Shown piece by piece: positions 1-10,864 of a stretch of 64,000 bases of DNA (the first letter of the stretch is position 1; each line of letters begins with the position of its first letter). The stretch is from Acutalibacteraceae bacterium. GTDB taxonomy: Bacteria > Bacillota > Clostridia > Oscillospirales > Acutalibacteraceae. Location of the stretch: the NCBI GenBank assembly GCA_045656265.1, contig JAZOQV010000055.1, positions 4,541-68,540 on the forward strand, written 5' to 3'. The notes below the pieces were generated by a model. It saw only the letters and a list, made by a program, of their open reading frames with translations. It did not search any database and was not told the origin of the DNA. A program made the translations under genes and the position numbers.

Positions 1-89
1 AAGATTATTTATCTGGCGATATAACGCTTGGAATGTTAATAAAATAAGGGTAGCTTTGCTACCCCAATACATATAGAGGAGAACATAGA

Positions 90-2561
90 ATGGCAACTAA
101 AAAGGCTAAAAAAACAACAAAGAAAAAACGCCCTGCAAGTGCAACTGCTACAAGCATAATGCAAGCAGAGTCTGCACCACAGCAATCTGGCAAAAAACAG
201 GTCAGCGCAATAATTATGTTTGCGGCGGCAGTGTTTTTTATGTTTGTTGCAATAATATCCTCTGAGGAGAAAAATTTGTGGAACTGGCTACATAACACAA
301 TGTTTGGTATTTTTGGTATCTGCGCATACATAATGCCATTGATTTTAGGCGCTATTGCAGTAGTAGGCGCTATGGACAAGTATTCCGATAAGTTCACAAC
401 AAGGCTTATAGAGGGCGGTTTACTTGTATGGTTTATTTGTGGCGCGGTGGATATTTTCTCGGGCATCGCTAAAATGGCAGAGTTTATTCCGCATTTTGTA
501 ACCGCATTTAAGTATACCGACGTGTATGGCGGTGTTTTAGGCGCATTGCTTGGACATCCGTTGTATCTTATGATGGGCGATGTCGGTGCCAAAATAACCA
601 TAATTATCTTAATTGTAGTTGTACTTATGTTCATTACAGGTACAACCTTAATAAGCGCATACAGAATGCTTGCAAAACCGATAAAATCGGCAGGTGCGGC
701 AATCGAAACCAGACTTGAAGAACACGAAAAACGCCGTGAAGAACAAAAGGCTAAATTTGAACTTGATGTTCCTGTGGCGGGAGAAAAGCGTGGACCTACT
801 GTTGAGGAGGTTACAGATAAACCTTTAAATGTTGCCGACCAACGTCGCAAGGTTATTGCTACGTATCGTGGAGAAGAGTATACTCCCGAACCACAAATTG
901 ACGTGGAGGTAGAACCACAAGAAGAACCGATAGAACCGTTAAAAAAACAGGTCAAATTACCTGTCGAGGAAACTGTTAGTGAAGAGATAAAACAGGAAGA
1001 AAAAACCGAAAATGATGCTCCTATGCTAGAAGGTATTTCTAACGAGGTTACTTTAGAGGATATTCCCGAAGACGAGGATGCTTATCGCTTCCCACCGCTA
1101 TCACTTTTGCAAGAGCCTACAAGTACAGGTAATGCCGCCACCGACCACGAGGCTGTTGGCGAGCAACTTGTTAATATACTTCGTAGCTTTGGCGTAGAAA
1201 CTAAAATTATAAATATCAGTGTAGGTCCTTCTGTAACAAGATACGAGTTACAACCTGCTGCAGGTGTTAAGATTAGCAAAATTACAGGTCTTTCTAATGA
1301 TATTGCTATGAATCTTGCCGCTGCAGGTGTGCGTATAGAAGCACCTATTCCAAATAAACCTGCAGTTGGTATAGAGGTGCCTAACAAGAGCGCAAGTATG
1401 GTTACGGTGCGCGAGATTATTGATTCTAAGGCGTTTACCTCGTCTAAGTCTAAACTTACAGTTGCGCTTGGTCGCGATATTGCGGGTACACCTATTGTTA
1501 CCGACATCGCAAAGATGCCTCATGGACTTATCGCGGGTGCAACAGGTTCAGGTAAATCGGTTTGCATTAACTCGTTTATTGTAAGTTTGTTATATAACGC
1601 TAACCCTGACGAAGTTAAACTTTTAATGATTGACCCAAAGGTTGTTGAACTTGGTGTTTATAATGGCATACCACATCTTTTGGTGCCGGTTGTTACCGAC
1701 CCGAGAAAAGCCTCGGGCGCTCTTGGTTGGGCGGTTACCGAAATGGAAAATCGTTATAAACTTTTTGCAGAAAATGATGTTAGAAACCTAGAGGGCTATA
1801 ATCGCCTTGCAGAAAAATCTGACACCTTAATTAAAATGCCACAAATTGTTATCATAATCGACGAGCTTGCCGACCTTATGATGTCTGCACCCCACGAGGT
1901 TGAAGATTCTATTTGCCGTATAGCCCAAAAAGCTCGTGCGGCAGGTATGCATTTGCTTATTGCTACCCAACGTCCGTCTGTTGACGTTATTACGGGTATA
2001 ATCAAGGCAAACATTCCATCGCGTGTGGCGTTTATGGTTTCCTCATCAACCGACAGTAGAACCATTCTTGATACAGGTGGCGCAGAAAAATTGCTTGGTA
2101 GAGGCGATATGCTATTTAACCCTGTTGGTGCTATTAAACCTCGCCGTATACAAGGTTGTTTTGTAAGCGACGAAGAGGTTGAAAGCGTTGTTGAGTTTAT
2201 CAAAGGCGTTAGAAAAGGCGAGTACGATGATGGTATTATGGAAGAAATTGAGCGTCAAGCCGCCGCGGCTGATAATAAGAAATCAAAAGGATCTGATGGT
2301 GGCGATGTTGACGGTGATGCCGACGCAATGCTCGGTGCCGCTATCGAGTGCGTTGTAGAAAACGGACAAGCATCAACCTCCCTTTTACAGCGTAGATTAA
2401 AACTTGGTTACGCCAGAGCCGCACGTATTATGGACCAAATGGCTGAACGTGGCATTATAGGCCCATACGAGGGCGCAAAGCCTCGCGCGGTACTAATCAC
2501 AAAAGCGCAACTACTAGAAATGCAAGCCAGAGGCGAAGAAACGGCAGATACGGAAGAATAG
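90..2561 (+). CDS. ftsK: DNA translocase FtsK/SpoIIIE
   Basis: 823 aa ORF with GGAG RBS. N-terminal hydrophobic segments, Walker A GATGSGKS, Walker [12 protein letters not shown]-terminal gamma winged-helix ([20 protein letters not shown]). Confidence 0.95.
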   Translation: MATKKAKKTTKKKRPASATATSIMQAESAPQQSGKKQVSAIIMFAAAVFFMFVAIISSEEKNLWNWLHNTMFGIFGICAYIMPLILGAIAVVGAMDKYSDKFTTRLIEGGLLVWFICGAVDIFSGIAKMAEFIPHFVTAFKYTDVYGGVLGALLGHPLYLMMGDVGAKITIIILIVVVLMFITGTTLISAYRMLAKPIKSAGAAIETRLEEHEKRREEQKAKFELDVPVAGEKRGPTVEEVTDKPLNVADQRRKVIATYRGEEYTPEPQIDVEVEPQEEPIEPLKKQVKLPVEETVSEEIKQEEKTENDAPMLEGISNEVTLEDIPEDEDAYRFPPLSLLQEPTSTGNAATDHEAVGEQLVNILRSFGVETKIINISVGPSVTRYELQPAAGVKISKITGLSNDIAMNLAAAGVRIEAPIPNKPAVGIEVPNKSASMVTVREIIDSKAFTSSKSKLTVALGRDIAGTPIVTDIAKMPHGLIAGATGSGKSVCINSFIVSLLYNANPDEVKLLMIDPKVVELGVYNGIPHLLVPVVTDPRKASGALGWAVTEMENRYKLFAENDVRNLEGYNRLAEKSDTLIKMPQIVIIIDELADLMMSAPHEVEDSICRIAQKARAAGMHLLIATQRPSVDVITGIIKANIPSRVAFMVSSSTDSRTILDTGGAEKLLGRGDMLFNPVGAIKPRRIQGCFVSDEEVESVVEFIKGVRKGEYDDGIMEEIERQAAAADNKKSKGSDGGDVDGDADAMLGAAIECVVENGQASTSLLQRRLKLGYARAARIMDQMAERGIIGPYEGAKPRAVLITKAQLLEMQARGEETADTEE

Positions 2562-2563
2562 AT

Positions 2564-4420
2564 ATGTTTTTACCTATTTCAAAAAAAGATATGGATATAA
2601 GAGGTTGGGAGCAGTGCGATTTTATAATCGTAACGGGCGACGCGTACGTCGACCACCCAACCTTTGGTACCGCGATAATTTCTAGGGTACTTGAAAATGC
2701 GGGTTACAAAGTCGGTATTATTTCCCAACCAAATTGGAAAAGTGATACCGACTTTTTAAAACTTGGCACACCAAAGTATGCATTTATGGTTAATGCGGGT
2801 AATATTGATTCAATGGTGGCGCACTATACCGCCGCCAAGCGCAAGCGTAGTACCGATGCATATTCGCCCGGTAATAAAATGGGCCTAAGACCCGATAGGG
2901 CGGTAACGGTGTATTCTAATAAAATACGCGAACTGTTCCCAAATATGCCTATTATAATCGGTGGCGTAGAAGCATCATTGCGCCGTTTTGCCCATTATGA
3001 TTATTGGGCAGATACCGTTATGCCATCTGTTCTTATTGACAGTAAGGCGGATATACTTTCGTTCGGTATGGGCGAAAAGCAAACGTTAGAGATTGCAGAA
3101 AATTTAAGTAGTGGTAAAGGCGTAGCGGCTTTGCGTGATATACTTGGTATATGTTATGTTACGGATAACGCCGAGGGTGTTCGTGGTATAACCTTGCCTT
3201 CGTTTGACTCTTGCCAAAAATCTAAAGAAAAGTATGCAGAGGCATGCAGAATAGAGTATGACGAGCAGGATGCAGTTCGCGGAAAGCGTTTAATTCAGCA
3301 ACACGGCAAACGCTATTTAATACAAAACCCGCCAATGCCACCACTAACCACCGAGGAATTAGACAAAGTATATGAACTGCCTTTCGAAAGGTATTATCAC
3401 CCAAGTTATGAGAAACTCGGTGGCGTGCCTGCGATAGAAGAGGTAGAATTTTCTATAACCCACAATCGCGGTTGCTTTGGTGCTTGCAATTTCTGTTCTA
3501 TTGCATTTCACCAAGGTAGACAGATTGCGGTAAGAAGCAAAGAATCGGTGCTAAAAGAAGCGAAAATGCTAACTAAAAATCCGCATTTTAAGGGCTATAT
3601 TCACGACGTCGGCGGCCCTACTGCTAACTTTAGAAGCCCCTCTTGTAAGCATCAGTTAAAAAATGGACTTTGTAAGGGTAAAAAGTGTTTAGCCCCAACC
3701 CCTTGTAAAAATTTAGAGGTTGACCATAGCGAGTATATAGATATACTAAACGAGATGCGAAATATACCTAAAATTAAAAAGGTGTTTATTCGCTCGGGCG
3801 TTAGGTTTGATTATCTTCTTGAAGATAAAAGCCGCGAGTTTTTAAAAACTCTTGTAAGGCACCACGTTAGCGGTCAGTTAAAGGTTGCGCCAGAACATTG
3901 TTCTGCGGCGGTACTTGATAAAATGGGTAAACCGCATATTGAAACCTATAAACGCTTTGCAGACGAGTTCTATAAGGTTACTAAAGGTATGGGGAAAGAG
4001 CAGTATTTGGTACCATATTTAATGTCTAGCCACCCTGGTAGTACTTTGCGTGATGCGATAGAGTTAGCGCTATTTTTAAAGCGAGAAAAAATAAGACCCG
4101 AACAGGTGCAAGATTTTTACCCAACACCGGGCACCATCTCTACTGCTATGTATTATACAGGTTTAGACCCACATACTATGAAGGCTGTGTTTGTTCCAAA
4201 AACTATGGAAGAAAAACAATTACAACGCGCATTACTTCAATATTATAAACCCGAAAATCGCGAACTTATTATAAAGGCATTGCGAAAAGCGGGTAGATTA
4301 GACCTTATCGGTAGTGGCAAAAATTGCTTAGTAATGGGCAGAACTAATAATACTAAAAACCAAAAAGCCAAACCAAAAAGCCGAATGGGCGGTAAGTGGG
4401 ATGGCAAAAAGCGTAGATAG
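2564..4420 (+). CDS. ygiQ: YgiQ/UPF0313 family radical SAM protein
   Basis: 618 aa. CxxxCxxC motif (CFGACNFCSI) mid-protein and a basic C-terminal tail, the layout typical of YgiQ. Starts 3 nt after the ftsK stop. Confidence 0.85.
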   Translation: MFLPISKKDMDIRGWEQCDFIIVTGDAYVDHPTFGTAIISRVLENAGYKVGIISQPNWKSDTDFLKLGTPKYAFMVNAGNIDSMVAHYTAAKRKRSTDAYSPGNKMGLRPDRAVTVYSNKIRELFPNMPIIIGGVEASLRRFAHYDYWADTVMPSVLIDSKADILSFGMGEKQTLEIAENLSSGKGVAALRDILGICYVTDNAEGVRGITLPSFDSCQKSKEKYAEACRIEYDEQDAVRGKRLIQQHGKRYLIQNPPMPPLTTEELDKVYELPFERYYHPSYEKLGGVPAIEEVEFSITHNRGCFGACNFCSIAFHQGRQIAVRSKESVLKEAKMLTKNPHFKGYIHDVGGPTANFRSPSCKHQLKNGLCKGKKCLAPTPCKNLEVDHSEYIDILNEMRNIPKIKKVFIRSGVRFDYLLEDKSREFLKTLVRHHVSGQLKVAPEHCSAAVLDKMGKPHIETYKRFADEFYKVTKGMGKEQYLVPYLMSSHPGSTLRDAIELALFLKREKIRPEQVQDFYPTPGTISTAMYYTGLDPHTMKAVFVPKTMEEKQLQRALLQYYKPENRELIIKALRKAGRLDLIGSGKNCLVMGRTNNTKNQKAKPKSRMGGKWDGKKRR

Positions 4421-4429
4421 GTGATCGGT

Positions 4430-4639
4430 ATGATTATTGTTGATAGAATAGAAAATGGTTTTGCGGTTTGCGAGATTGATAATGAGTTTACCGAAATATC
4501 ACTTCTAGATATTAGCGGTAATGTCCGAGAGGGAGCAGTGCTTATTAAAACCAACGGTAATTATGTTGTAGATGAAGATAGTACCTCTCAACGCAAAAAA
4601 GATATATTCGAAAAACAACGTAGATTATTTAGCAAATAA
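4430..4639 (+). CDS. DUF3006-like small protein
   Basis: Starts MIIVDRIENGFAVCEI. AGGTGA RBS lies 7 nt upstream of ATG 4430 (the track ORF starts at GTG 4421). The N-terminal pattern is typical of DUF3006. Confidence 0.6.
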   Translation: MIIVDRIENGFAVCEIDNEFTEISLLDISGNVREGAVLIKTNGNYVVDEDSTSQRKKDIFEKQRRLFSK

Positions 4640-4640
4640 C

Positions 4641-4677
4641 AAAAACACCCTTGGGAGAAAGCCCAAGGGTGTTTTAC
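4641..4677. terminator. bidirectional intrinsic terminator
   Basis: ACACCCTTGGG / CCCAAGGGTGT 11-bp stem flanked by an A-run and a T-run, between convergent genes. Confidence 0.8.
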
Positions 4678-4678
4678 T

Positions 4679-6259
4679 TTAAATATCCAAATTATCTTTT
4701 TCTGTAACTTTTCTACAACTTATAAATTTAACGGCGGGTATTTTTTTTTCGCCTCTTGAAACAAAGCGGTTGCCGTGTATCTCAACGTTATCCGAAGAAG
4801 AAACGGTAATCATATTGTTTTTCATACGGCGGAAGGTGTTGTTTTCAATTTTTATGTTTTTGTGTAATCCTGTAATCTTTTCGTCGTTTCCGTCGTGCTT
4901 AGTAAACACACCAATTCCTGGTGAATTAACGTCAATATAAGCACATTTTTCAATAATATTATCGTGCATATAAAAGTTAGTAGCAGGGCCAACTTCATAC
5001 CAGTAACCAAAACAGCAAGCAACCTTAACCGCAGCGTTAGACAAACCGAAGAATTTAGAGTTTTTAATTTCTACATTGTCCGTTTGAATTACAAAGCCGC
5101 GCGAGCGAGTGTTTTTAATCTCGCAATCTGATATATCACAAGCAACAGTCAAGGTGTGGTTTTGCATAACGTCTTTGGGTTTTAACTCGCCTTGCAAATT
5201 TTCATAGGTTATATATCCGTTGGAGTAATCTGCAACTGTAAAAGTACCGGTATTTTGCATTGTTATCGGGTCAAAAACCTTAATAGTATCGCCCTTTGCG
5301 CACCAGTTTTCTTTAAGTTTACCGTCGGGGCTTTTTTTACAGTAGTTGCATTTGATTTTTCTCTCATCAAAATCTACATCTGTGCAGGTGCCCGCAATGG
5401 TGTGAATGTTAAGTGCATCGTCGCCCATACCGTCAAATACGCAATTTTTCATTATAAACTTGCCCATAGCGCCTGTTAAGTGGATGCCGTCGCAGTTGCA
5501 AGCCATAAGTGAATGACTGCCGTCTTTTTTTATCATTTTGACGCCATCTATTGTTAAGTTGTTGCATCTCGGGAACACCATAATACCCATGCCTGGGGTC
5601 GAAAACATAGTAATATTTTTTAGAACAGTATCGTTGCTGTCCTTTAAAACAATAACGCTTGGCCCGTACATAGTATGGCGAATACAAAGTCTGTTTCCAA
5701 CCTCTAATTCGCCAAAAGAACTAACCTCGAAATACACTTTAAAGGTGTTGTTGCCAAGGTAATCGTATTTAGCGCCCCAGTAGGTGCATGCACACAATAC
5801 TTCGTCTTGAACAACTGTAATTATATTTGGGTCGGGGTGCTTTTGGTAGTAACCAAAACGATAGGGAGTGCCTTCATCATCTATCGCGTTAAAAGATAAA
5901 AAGAGTTCGTTGCCCTTCATATTGTAAACGTCATCAACTTCTAAAACTAATGCCTTTTCATCTAAAAGTATTTCTTTAACAGTTGCGGTAACATTTGTAG
6001 GAACGTCGGTGTCAAAATAAATATTTTTAAGTTGTAAGCCTTCGCAATCTGTAATTAAAAAAGCGTCAACACTTTCGGAAAAATGGTCAGAGTTAATGTA
6101 TTTAGTTGTAATTTTTGCGCCGCCGCCGTCTATTACAACGTCCTTTTTGCCGCTTATTATTATTCTTTTATCTAAATAAAAATCTTCACCATTAAGATTA
6201 AGCGCTTCGCCGTCTTTTAAATTGTCTATTAAATTTTGTAACTTTGCAGAAGTGTTCAT
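4679..6259 (-). CDS. right-handed parallel beta-helix repeat protein (pectate-lyase fold, possible glycan-active enzyme)
   Basis: 526 aa with no obvious signal peptide. Periodic short repeats (NLTIDGVKM, GIHLTGAMG, NCVFDGMGDDALNIH, VEIKNSKF, IKIENNTF, VEIHGNRF) typical of PbH1 beta-helix coils. Confidence 0.6.
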   Translation of the reverse strand: MNTSAKLQNLIDNLKDGEALNLNGEDFYLDKRIIISGKKDVVIDGGGAKITTKYINSDHFSESVDAFLITDCEGLQLKNIYFDTDVPTNVTATVKEILLDEKALVLEVDDVYNMKGNELFLSFNAIDDEGTPYRFGYYQKHPDPNIITVVQDEVLCACTYWGAKYDYLGNNTFKVYFEVSSFGELEVGNRLCIRHTMYGPSVIVLKDSNDTVLKNITMFSTPGMGIMVFPRCNNLTIDGVKMIKKDGSHSLMACNCDGIHLTGAMGKFIMKNCVFDGMGDDALNIHTIAGTCTDVDFDERKIKCNYCKKSPDGKLKENWCAKGDTIKVFDPITMQNTGTFTVADYSNGYITYENLQGELKPKDVMQNHTLTVACDISDCEIKNTRSRGFVIQTDNVEIKNSKFFGLSNAAVKVACCFGYWYEVGPATNFYMHDNIIEKCAYIDVNSPGIGVFTKHDGNDEKITGLHKNIKIENNTFRRMKNNMITVSSSDNVEIHGNRFVSRGEKKIPAVKFISCRKVTEKDNLDI

Positions 6260-6430
6260 ACTAAAACTCCTTGATTCTATTTATCTAAATTTTATAACAC
6301 ACTTATAATTAAGTCAATGTTTAAATTACAAGAGAAAAAGCACCTTATCTTTACACCTTTAACATATTGCCAATTTTATTGGTTAATATAATAAATAGGC
6401 ATACAAAAAATATTATAAAAGGTGAAAGAA

Positions 6431-6973
6431 ATGAAAAATTTACATGGTACAAAAACAGAACACAATTTAAGAGAAGCGTTTGCCGGCGAGAGTATGGCAT
6501 ATACAAAGTATAAATACTACTCTCAAAAGGCGAAGAAAGATGGCTATAATCAAATAGCCAATATTTTTAAAGAAACTGCAAAAAATGAAAAGCAACACGC
6601 AAAGATATGGTTTAAATATTTGCATGATGGAGAAATGCCTGCCACACTTGAAAATTTAAACGACGGAGCAACCGGAGAAAACTTTGAATGGACCGAAATG
6701 TATAGCCGTATGGCAAAAGAGGCAAGGGAAGAGGGCTTCGATGAAATTGCTTTCAAGTTTGAAAAGGTAGCAGAAATTGAAAAGCAACACGAAGAGCGCT
6801 ATCGTAAACTTATTTCGAACGTAGAGGGTGGATTAGTCTTTTCTCGTGATGGAGATGTTATGTGGCAATGTGCTGCTTGCGGTCATATTCATTTTGGCAA
6901 AACCGCTCCCGAAGTTTGTCCTGTATGTAAGCACGAAAAGGCTTATTTTGCTTTGTACGCTGAGAACTATTAA
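6431..6973 (+). CDS. rbr: rubrerythrin
   Basis: Ferritin-like ExxH motifs (EKQHAK, EKQHEE) plus a C-terminal rubredoxin-like CAACGH...CPVCKH. AAGGTGA RBS before ATG 6431 (the track starts at GTG 6422). Confidence 0.9.
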   Translation: MKNLHGTKTEHNLREAFAGESMAYTKYKYYSQKAKKDGYNQIANIFKETAKNEKQHAKIWFKYLHDGEMPATLENLNDGATGENFEWTEMYSRMAKEAREEGFDEIAFKFEKVAEIEKQHEERYRKLISNVEGGLVFSRDGDVMWQCAACGHIHFGKTAPEVCPVCKHEKAYFALYAENY

Positions 6974-7812
6974 ATAAGAGAGCCTGCATTTTTCCTGTAT
7001 TGTAGAGGTGTCATTCCCATTATTGATTTAAAGTAGTTTGAAAAATAAGCACTATTTTGAAAACCTATTTGTTCGGCTATTTGCGAAACCGAAAGTTCCG
7101 TGTTTTGCAATAGCCGTTTTGCTTCTTCAATGCGTTGCTTTAAAATATATTTGTGTGTACTAAGACCGGTTGTTTGTAAAAACAATCGGTTTAAATGATA
7201 CTCGTGATAATTTGCCATATCTGCAAGTTCCTTATTTGTAAACTGCATATCAAGGTTTTGGTTTATGTAATCAATTACTCTGTTAACTGCATCAAAAGAA
7301 GTAGTGCTTGCTTTTATTGACGATTGATGTATATCGCATATTAGGGTTTTTAGCATACTGCTGCTTTTTTCTCTGCTAAGTACTCTAAAAGATTGGAATT
7401 CTTTAATTATTGCTTTAATTTGTGGCTTAAATTGATTACCTTTTTGTATAAATAAATGGCTACATAAAAAAACACTATCATTTATGTTTAAGGTTGAATT
7501 TTTTTGCAAATCATCGGTATATTTAATTGGCAAAAAACCTTCGGTTTGGTGTTTGTTTTCTTGTGTTAAATCAAAGTTTATTGCAAGAATCTCGGCACCT
7601 TCTTGGGATGATATTTCATAAATACTACCGCCGCAACAGTAAAAAAGACAACCTTCTGCCAAATTATAATGCTGATTTTCAATTAAAATATCCGCATAAC
7701 CACCGCTAATATAAAATATTCTGCAGTCTTTTACATATACTTTTCCGCTCGACGTTCGGTAGTTTACAAGGTCTGCAAACCGTATAAAAGGATTTATATC
7801 TGCAATATTCAT
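6970..7812 (-). CDS. AraC family transcriptional regulator
   Basis: 280 aa. C-terminal double HTH ([35 protein letters not shown]) and an N-terminal cupin-like sensor region. Divergent from the 7918-11800 operon. Confidence 0.85.
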   Translation of the reverse strand: MNIADINPFIRFADLVNYRTSSGKVYVKDCRIFYISGGYADILIENQHYNLAEGCLFYCCGGSIYEISSQEGAEILAINFDLTQENKHQTEGFLPIKYTDDLQKNSTLNINDSVFLCSHLFIQKGNQFKPQIKAIIKEFQSFRVLSREKSSSMLKTLICDIHQSSIKASTTSFDAVNRVIDYINQNLDMQFTNKELADMANYHEYHLNRLFLQTTGLSTHKYILKQRIEEAKRLLQNTELSVSQIAEQIGFQNSAYFSNYFKSIMGMTPLQYRKNAGSLI

Positions 7813-7827
7813 AGGCTACCCTCTAAA

Positions 7828-7858
7828 ATGTTTGTTTTTTTATAATTTATGTTTGCTT
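7828..7858 (+). promoter_or_regulatory. candidate AraC-type direct-repeat half-sites
   Basis: ATGTTTGTTT (7828-7837) and ATGTTTGCTT (7849-7858) are spaced 21 bp apart. The proximal copy abuts the -35 of the 7918 operon promoter. Confidence 0.3.
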
Positions 7859-7864
7859 TCTATC

Positions 7865-7893
7865 TTGATAATAACAGAATATAATGATAAAAT
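7865..7893 (+). promoter_or_regulatory. sigma-A type promoter of the 7918-11800 operon
   Basis: TTGATA, 17 nt spacer, TAAAAT. Confidence 0.5.
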
Positions 7894-7917
7894 CAACATA
7901 TAATTGGGGGTGTCATT

Positions 7918-8871
7918 ATGAAATATATGGTTGGTCTTAATTTTTCTAACGACCGTTTAACCGATTGTGTACTGGAAAATGCCGAAAAAATTTACGAAGT
8001 TTATTTTTCGTTTAGCAATTTTGCGAACGGCAGAAGCAATCAGTTACTTAATGAGGATATTACTCCTTGGGAAATGCAGAGCAAGCAATTAGAGGTTCTC
8101 AAAAAACTAAATGACAGTGGTATAGCCTTTAATATGCTATTTAACGCCAACTGTTATGGTAAAGACAGTCAATCGCGTGCATTCTTTAATAATGTGGGCA
8201 TGGCTATGGATTACATAAAAAGTAATTTTAATCTAAATTCAATTACCACCACCTCGCCACTTATCGCAAAATTTTCAAAAAATAATTTTAGCGATATAGA
8301 GGTGCGCGCTTCGGTAAATATGGAAATTGGCACCGTAGAGGGTATGGAATATGTCGCACCTTATTTTGATAGTTATTATGTAAGGCGCGAACTTAACCGA
8401 AATATAGATGCATTGCTCGAATTAAAAAATTGGGCAGATGCAAATGGTAAAGAATTGTACGGTCTAGGTAATAGCGGTTGCCTTAACTATTGTTCTGCGC
8501 ATGTTTTTCACGATAATCTGGTGTCGCATGAAGACGAAATTTCTAAAATGGATAACGCTTATAATTTTACAGGAATGTGTAAAGAATTTTTAAGTAACCC
8601 CGAAAACTATAAAAAACTTATTGATTATACTAACTTTATAAGACCCGAAGACGTAGATAAATATAATGGCATTTTTAAAGCAATAAAACTTGCAACAAGG
8701 GTGCACAGAAATCCCGTTACAGTTGTAGAAAGTTACGTAAGGGGCAAGTACTCGGGCAATATTTTGGATATTTTAGAGCCGCAACATAGCATATATCCTT
8801 ATGCTTTGCAAAATGGCGAGCCTTTAAAATTAGTAAATATGGAAGAAACATATTTTCTTGAAAGGGGATAA
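7918..8871 (+). CDS. hypothetical protein with weak peptidase-U32-like (TIM-barrel) resemblance
   Basis: 317 aa with GGGGTG RBS. By-eye parallels to U32 family blocks (EVYFSF..NGRS; AFNMLFNANC; EVRASVNMEIG..YVRRELNRN; GLGNSGCLNYCSAHVFH). The family call is tentative. Confidence 0.4.
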   Translation: MKYMVGLNFSNDRLTDCVLENAEKIYEVYFSFSNFANGRSNQLLNEDITPWEMQSKQLEVLKKLNDSGIAFNMLFNANCYGKDSQSRAFFNNVGMAMDYIKSNFNLNSITTTSPLIAKFSKNNFSDIEVRASVNMEIGTVEGMEYVAPYFDSYYVRRELNRNIDALLELKNWADANGKELYGLGNSGCLNYCSAHVFHDNLVSHEDEISKMDNAYNFTGMCKEFLSNPENYKKLIDYTNFIRPEDVDKYNGIFKAIKLATRVHRNPVTVVESYVRGKYSGNILDILEPQHSIYPYALQNGEPLKLVNMEETYFLERG

Positions 8872-8877
8872 ATATAA

Positions 8878-9957
8878 ATGCTTACATCTAAAATGATTAA
8901 AGAAGCGGCACTCGCTGCCGGCGCAGATATGTGTGGTATCGGCCCTATGTCGCGATTTGATGGTGCTCCAGATGATATGAATCCGCAGTTCCTTTTCCCA
9001 GAGGCGAAAAGTGTTATTGGATTTGTATTTAGGATTCCACGCGGCGTACAAAGAGGCATTGAGGAGGGAACACAATTCTTCCAATATCCTTCAATGGCTT
9101 ATGGCGGAATTAACGAAATTTTTGCGCCTGCAGTACTTTATAACGTAGGTAAACTTATAGAGGACGAGGGATATGAGGCTTTCGTTTACCGTAATACAGG
9201 TGCTCGTGGCTCGGTTTCTGATATGGATGGTAGAGAGGGTAGTACACTTTCTCCCGAAGAGCAGATAGAGGCCAACGACCAGGTTAAAAATGCAACTGCA
9301 CACCACCGTAGTGTTGAGTTTACAAGAGCGACAAGGGATATAAATGTGGCGCCTGACTTGCAGTTTCAGTTCCGTCTTGCAGCAGTTGCTTGCGGTCTAG
9401 GTGAAATTGGTTGGAGTAAAATGCTACTTACAAAAGATTTTGGACCTTTGCAAAGGGTCGCATTCCTATTTACTGATGCAGAACTTGAATATGACGATGT
9501 TTATAACGGAGAGCCACTTTGCCGTAAATGCGGCGCTTGCGTACGCGAGTGCCCGGGCGGTTGTATCCCACCAATCAACTCAGATAAAAAACTAACCGTT
9601 AATATCGGTGGCAAAATTTGCGAGTGGGGCGATATAGATATGTGGCGTTGCTACGCGTTTTACACCCATGCAGGTAGATACTATAACCCGTTTGTACCAA
9701 AGGAAGTATTTGATAAAAACGAAAACGGCAGCCTTGACCTACTTGAAGGGGTTACCGATATTGCCGATGAAACCGAGGTTGTAAAGGTTTATACCGCTTT
9801 GCAGAAGTATTTTCCAAGTTGGGTTGGCTATAATATGGCAAAATGCGGCGGTTGTATTAGAGGCTGTGTAGCAATGTTAGAGAAAAAAGGCGGCTGTATG
9901 GAAGATAGATTTAAAAATCCTTTACGTACAGGCAAAGCTTGGAAACTTGATAGATAG
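8878..9957 (+). CDS. QueG/reductive-dehalogenase-superfamily-like 4Fe-4S protein, paralog 1
   Basis: 359 aa. N-terminus MLTSKMIKEAALAAGADMCGIG resembles the QueG DUF1730 start. Also AAVACGLGEIGWSK, FGPLQRVAFLFTDAELEYD, CRKCGACVRECP, and a second Cys cluster CGGCIRGC. Confidence 0.6.
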   Translation: MLTSKMIKEAALAAGADMCGIGPMSRFDGAPDDMNPQFLFPEAKSVIGFVFRIPRGVQRGIEEGTQFFQYPSMAYGGINEIFAPAVLYNVGKLIEDEGYEAFVYRNTGARGSVSDMDGREGSTLSPEEQIEANDQVKNATAHHRSVEFTRATRDINVAPDLQFQFRLAAVACGLGEIGWSKMLLTKDFGPLQRVAFLFTDAELEYDDVYNGEPLCRKCGACVRECPGGCIPPINSDKKLTVNIGGKICEWGDIDMWRCYAFYTHAGRYYNPFVPKEVFDKNENGSLDLLEGVTDIADETEVVKVYTALQKYFPSWVGYNMAKCGGCIRGCVAMLEKKGGCMEDRFKNPLRTGKAWKLDR

Positions 9958-9969
9958 GGGGCGGCAGAT

Positions 9970-10863
9970 ATGTTAACAAGTGCATTTATTAAAGAAAAAG
10001 CACGCGAGTTGGGTGCTACTGTATGTGGTATCGGCAGAGTGTATGAAGAAGAAAACAAAGGCCGCGACCCTAAAATGATTTTACCTAACGCTAAAAGTAT
10101 TATAGGTTTCGGATTTGCAGTGCCAAAAGGACTTTATAAGGCAATGGATAATGGTAATCAATATTACTCATATACAAGCCTTGGCGTTAAGTATGAGGAC
10201 GAGGAACTAGCCGAGATATTCTTGCTAAAAATTGGTGGAATGATTGAAAACTTCGGCTATGATGCTTGTTTGCAAAAGTCGGTTCCTAACCTTAGAATTA
10301 AGGGCGATAAGGAAACCAATCCCGAGGTTGTTGATACATACGAACTTATTCACGCAGTACCGGTAGCAGAGGGTAAACCTACACCCGACGTTATTATCGA
10401 CTTTTCTAAAGCGGCTAAAGCCTGCGGTCTTGGCGAGGCAGGTCTTAACGGTAAAATTATAAACAAAAAGTATGGCCCGTTTATGCGTTATTGCTTTATA
10501 ATTACAGATGCCGAACTAGAGTATGACGAGCCGATTGCAGAGCCTATTTGCGATAAATGCGGTTTGTGTATTGCGGCTTGCCCCGGTAATGCCATTAGCG
10601 AAAATGGTCTAGATACTTGGCAGTGCAGTGTTTATTATAAAGGCGTACATAAATCTAATCCCTTTATTACTGAAGACTTTTTAAAAGGCCACCCCGAACG
10701 CGAGCAGATTTTAAATGGCGAAAAACGCTTCGATAGTGTTAGTGCAAGAGAAATCTATAAGCAAATAAACTTTTTACCAAACACACAGTGGGGTTATTCG
10801 CCCTGCCTTTGCGGTAAAAAATGCGATATTGCCTGCTATAAGCATTTGATAGGAGAGCTATAA
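9970..10863 (+). CDS. QueG/reductive-dehalogenase-superfamily-like 4Fe-4S protein, paralog 2
   Basis: 297 aa. AAKACGLGEAG, FGPFMRYCFIITDAELEYD, CDKCGLCIAACPGNAI, WQCSVYY, CLCGKKCDIAC. Alignable by eye to both neighbours. Confidence 0.6.
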   Translation: MLTSAFIKEKARELGATVCGIGRVYEEENKGRDPKMILPNAKSIIGFGFAVPKGLYKAMDNGNQYYSYTSLGVKYEDEELAEIFLLKIGGMIENFGYDACLQKSVPNLRIKGDKETNPEVVDTYELIHAVPVAEGKPTPDVIIDFSKAAKACGLGEAGLNGKIINKKYGPFMRYCFIITDAELEYDEPIAEPICDKCGLCIAACPGNAISENGLDTWQCSVYYKGVHKSNPFITEDFLKGHPEREQILNGEKRFDSVSAREIYKQINFLPNTQWGYSPCLCGKKCDIACYKHLIGEL

Positions 10864-10864
10864 T

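Noticed and set aside
59-955. 298-aa antisense ORF opposite ftsK. Similar long antisense ORFs occur at 12483-13211, 26307-27209, 46978-47619, 50675-51133 and 53206-53697.
   Set aside because: Each lies fully inside a strongly recognisable gene on the other strand. They lack RBSs and have low-complexity S/T/A/I-rich composition typical of shadow frames.
6965-6975. Convergent rubrerythrin and AraC genes overlap at their stop codons, with no terminator between them.
   Set aside because: The overlap is real in the sequence, but it is a common compact arrangement. I see no structure or signal suggesting regulation.
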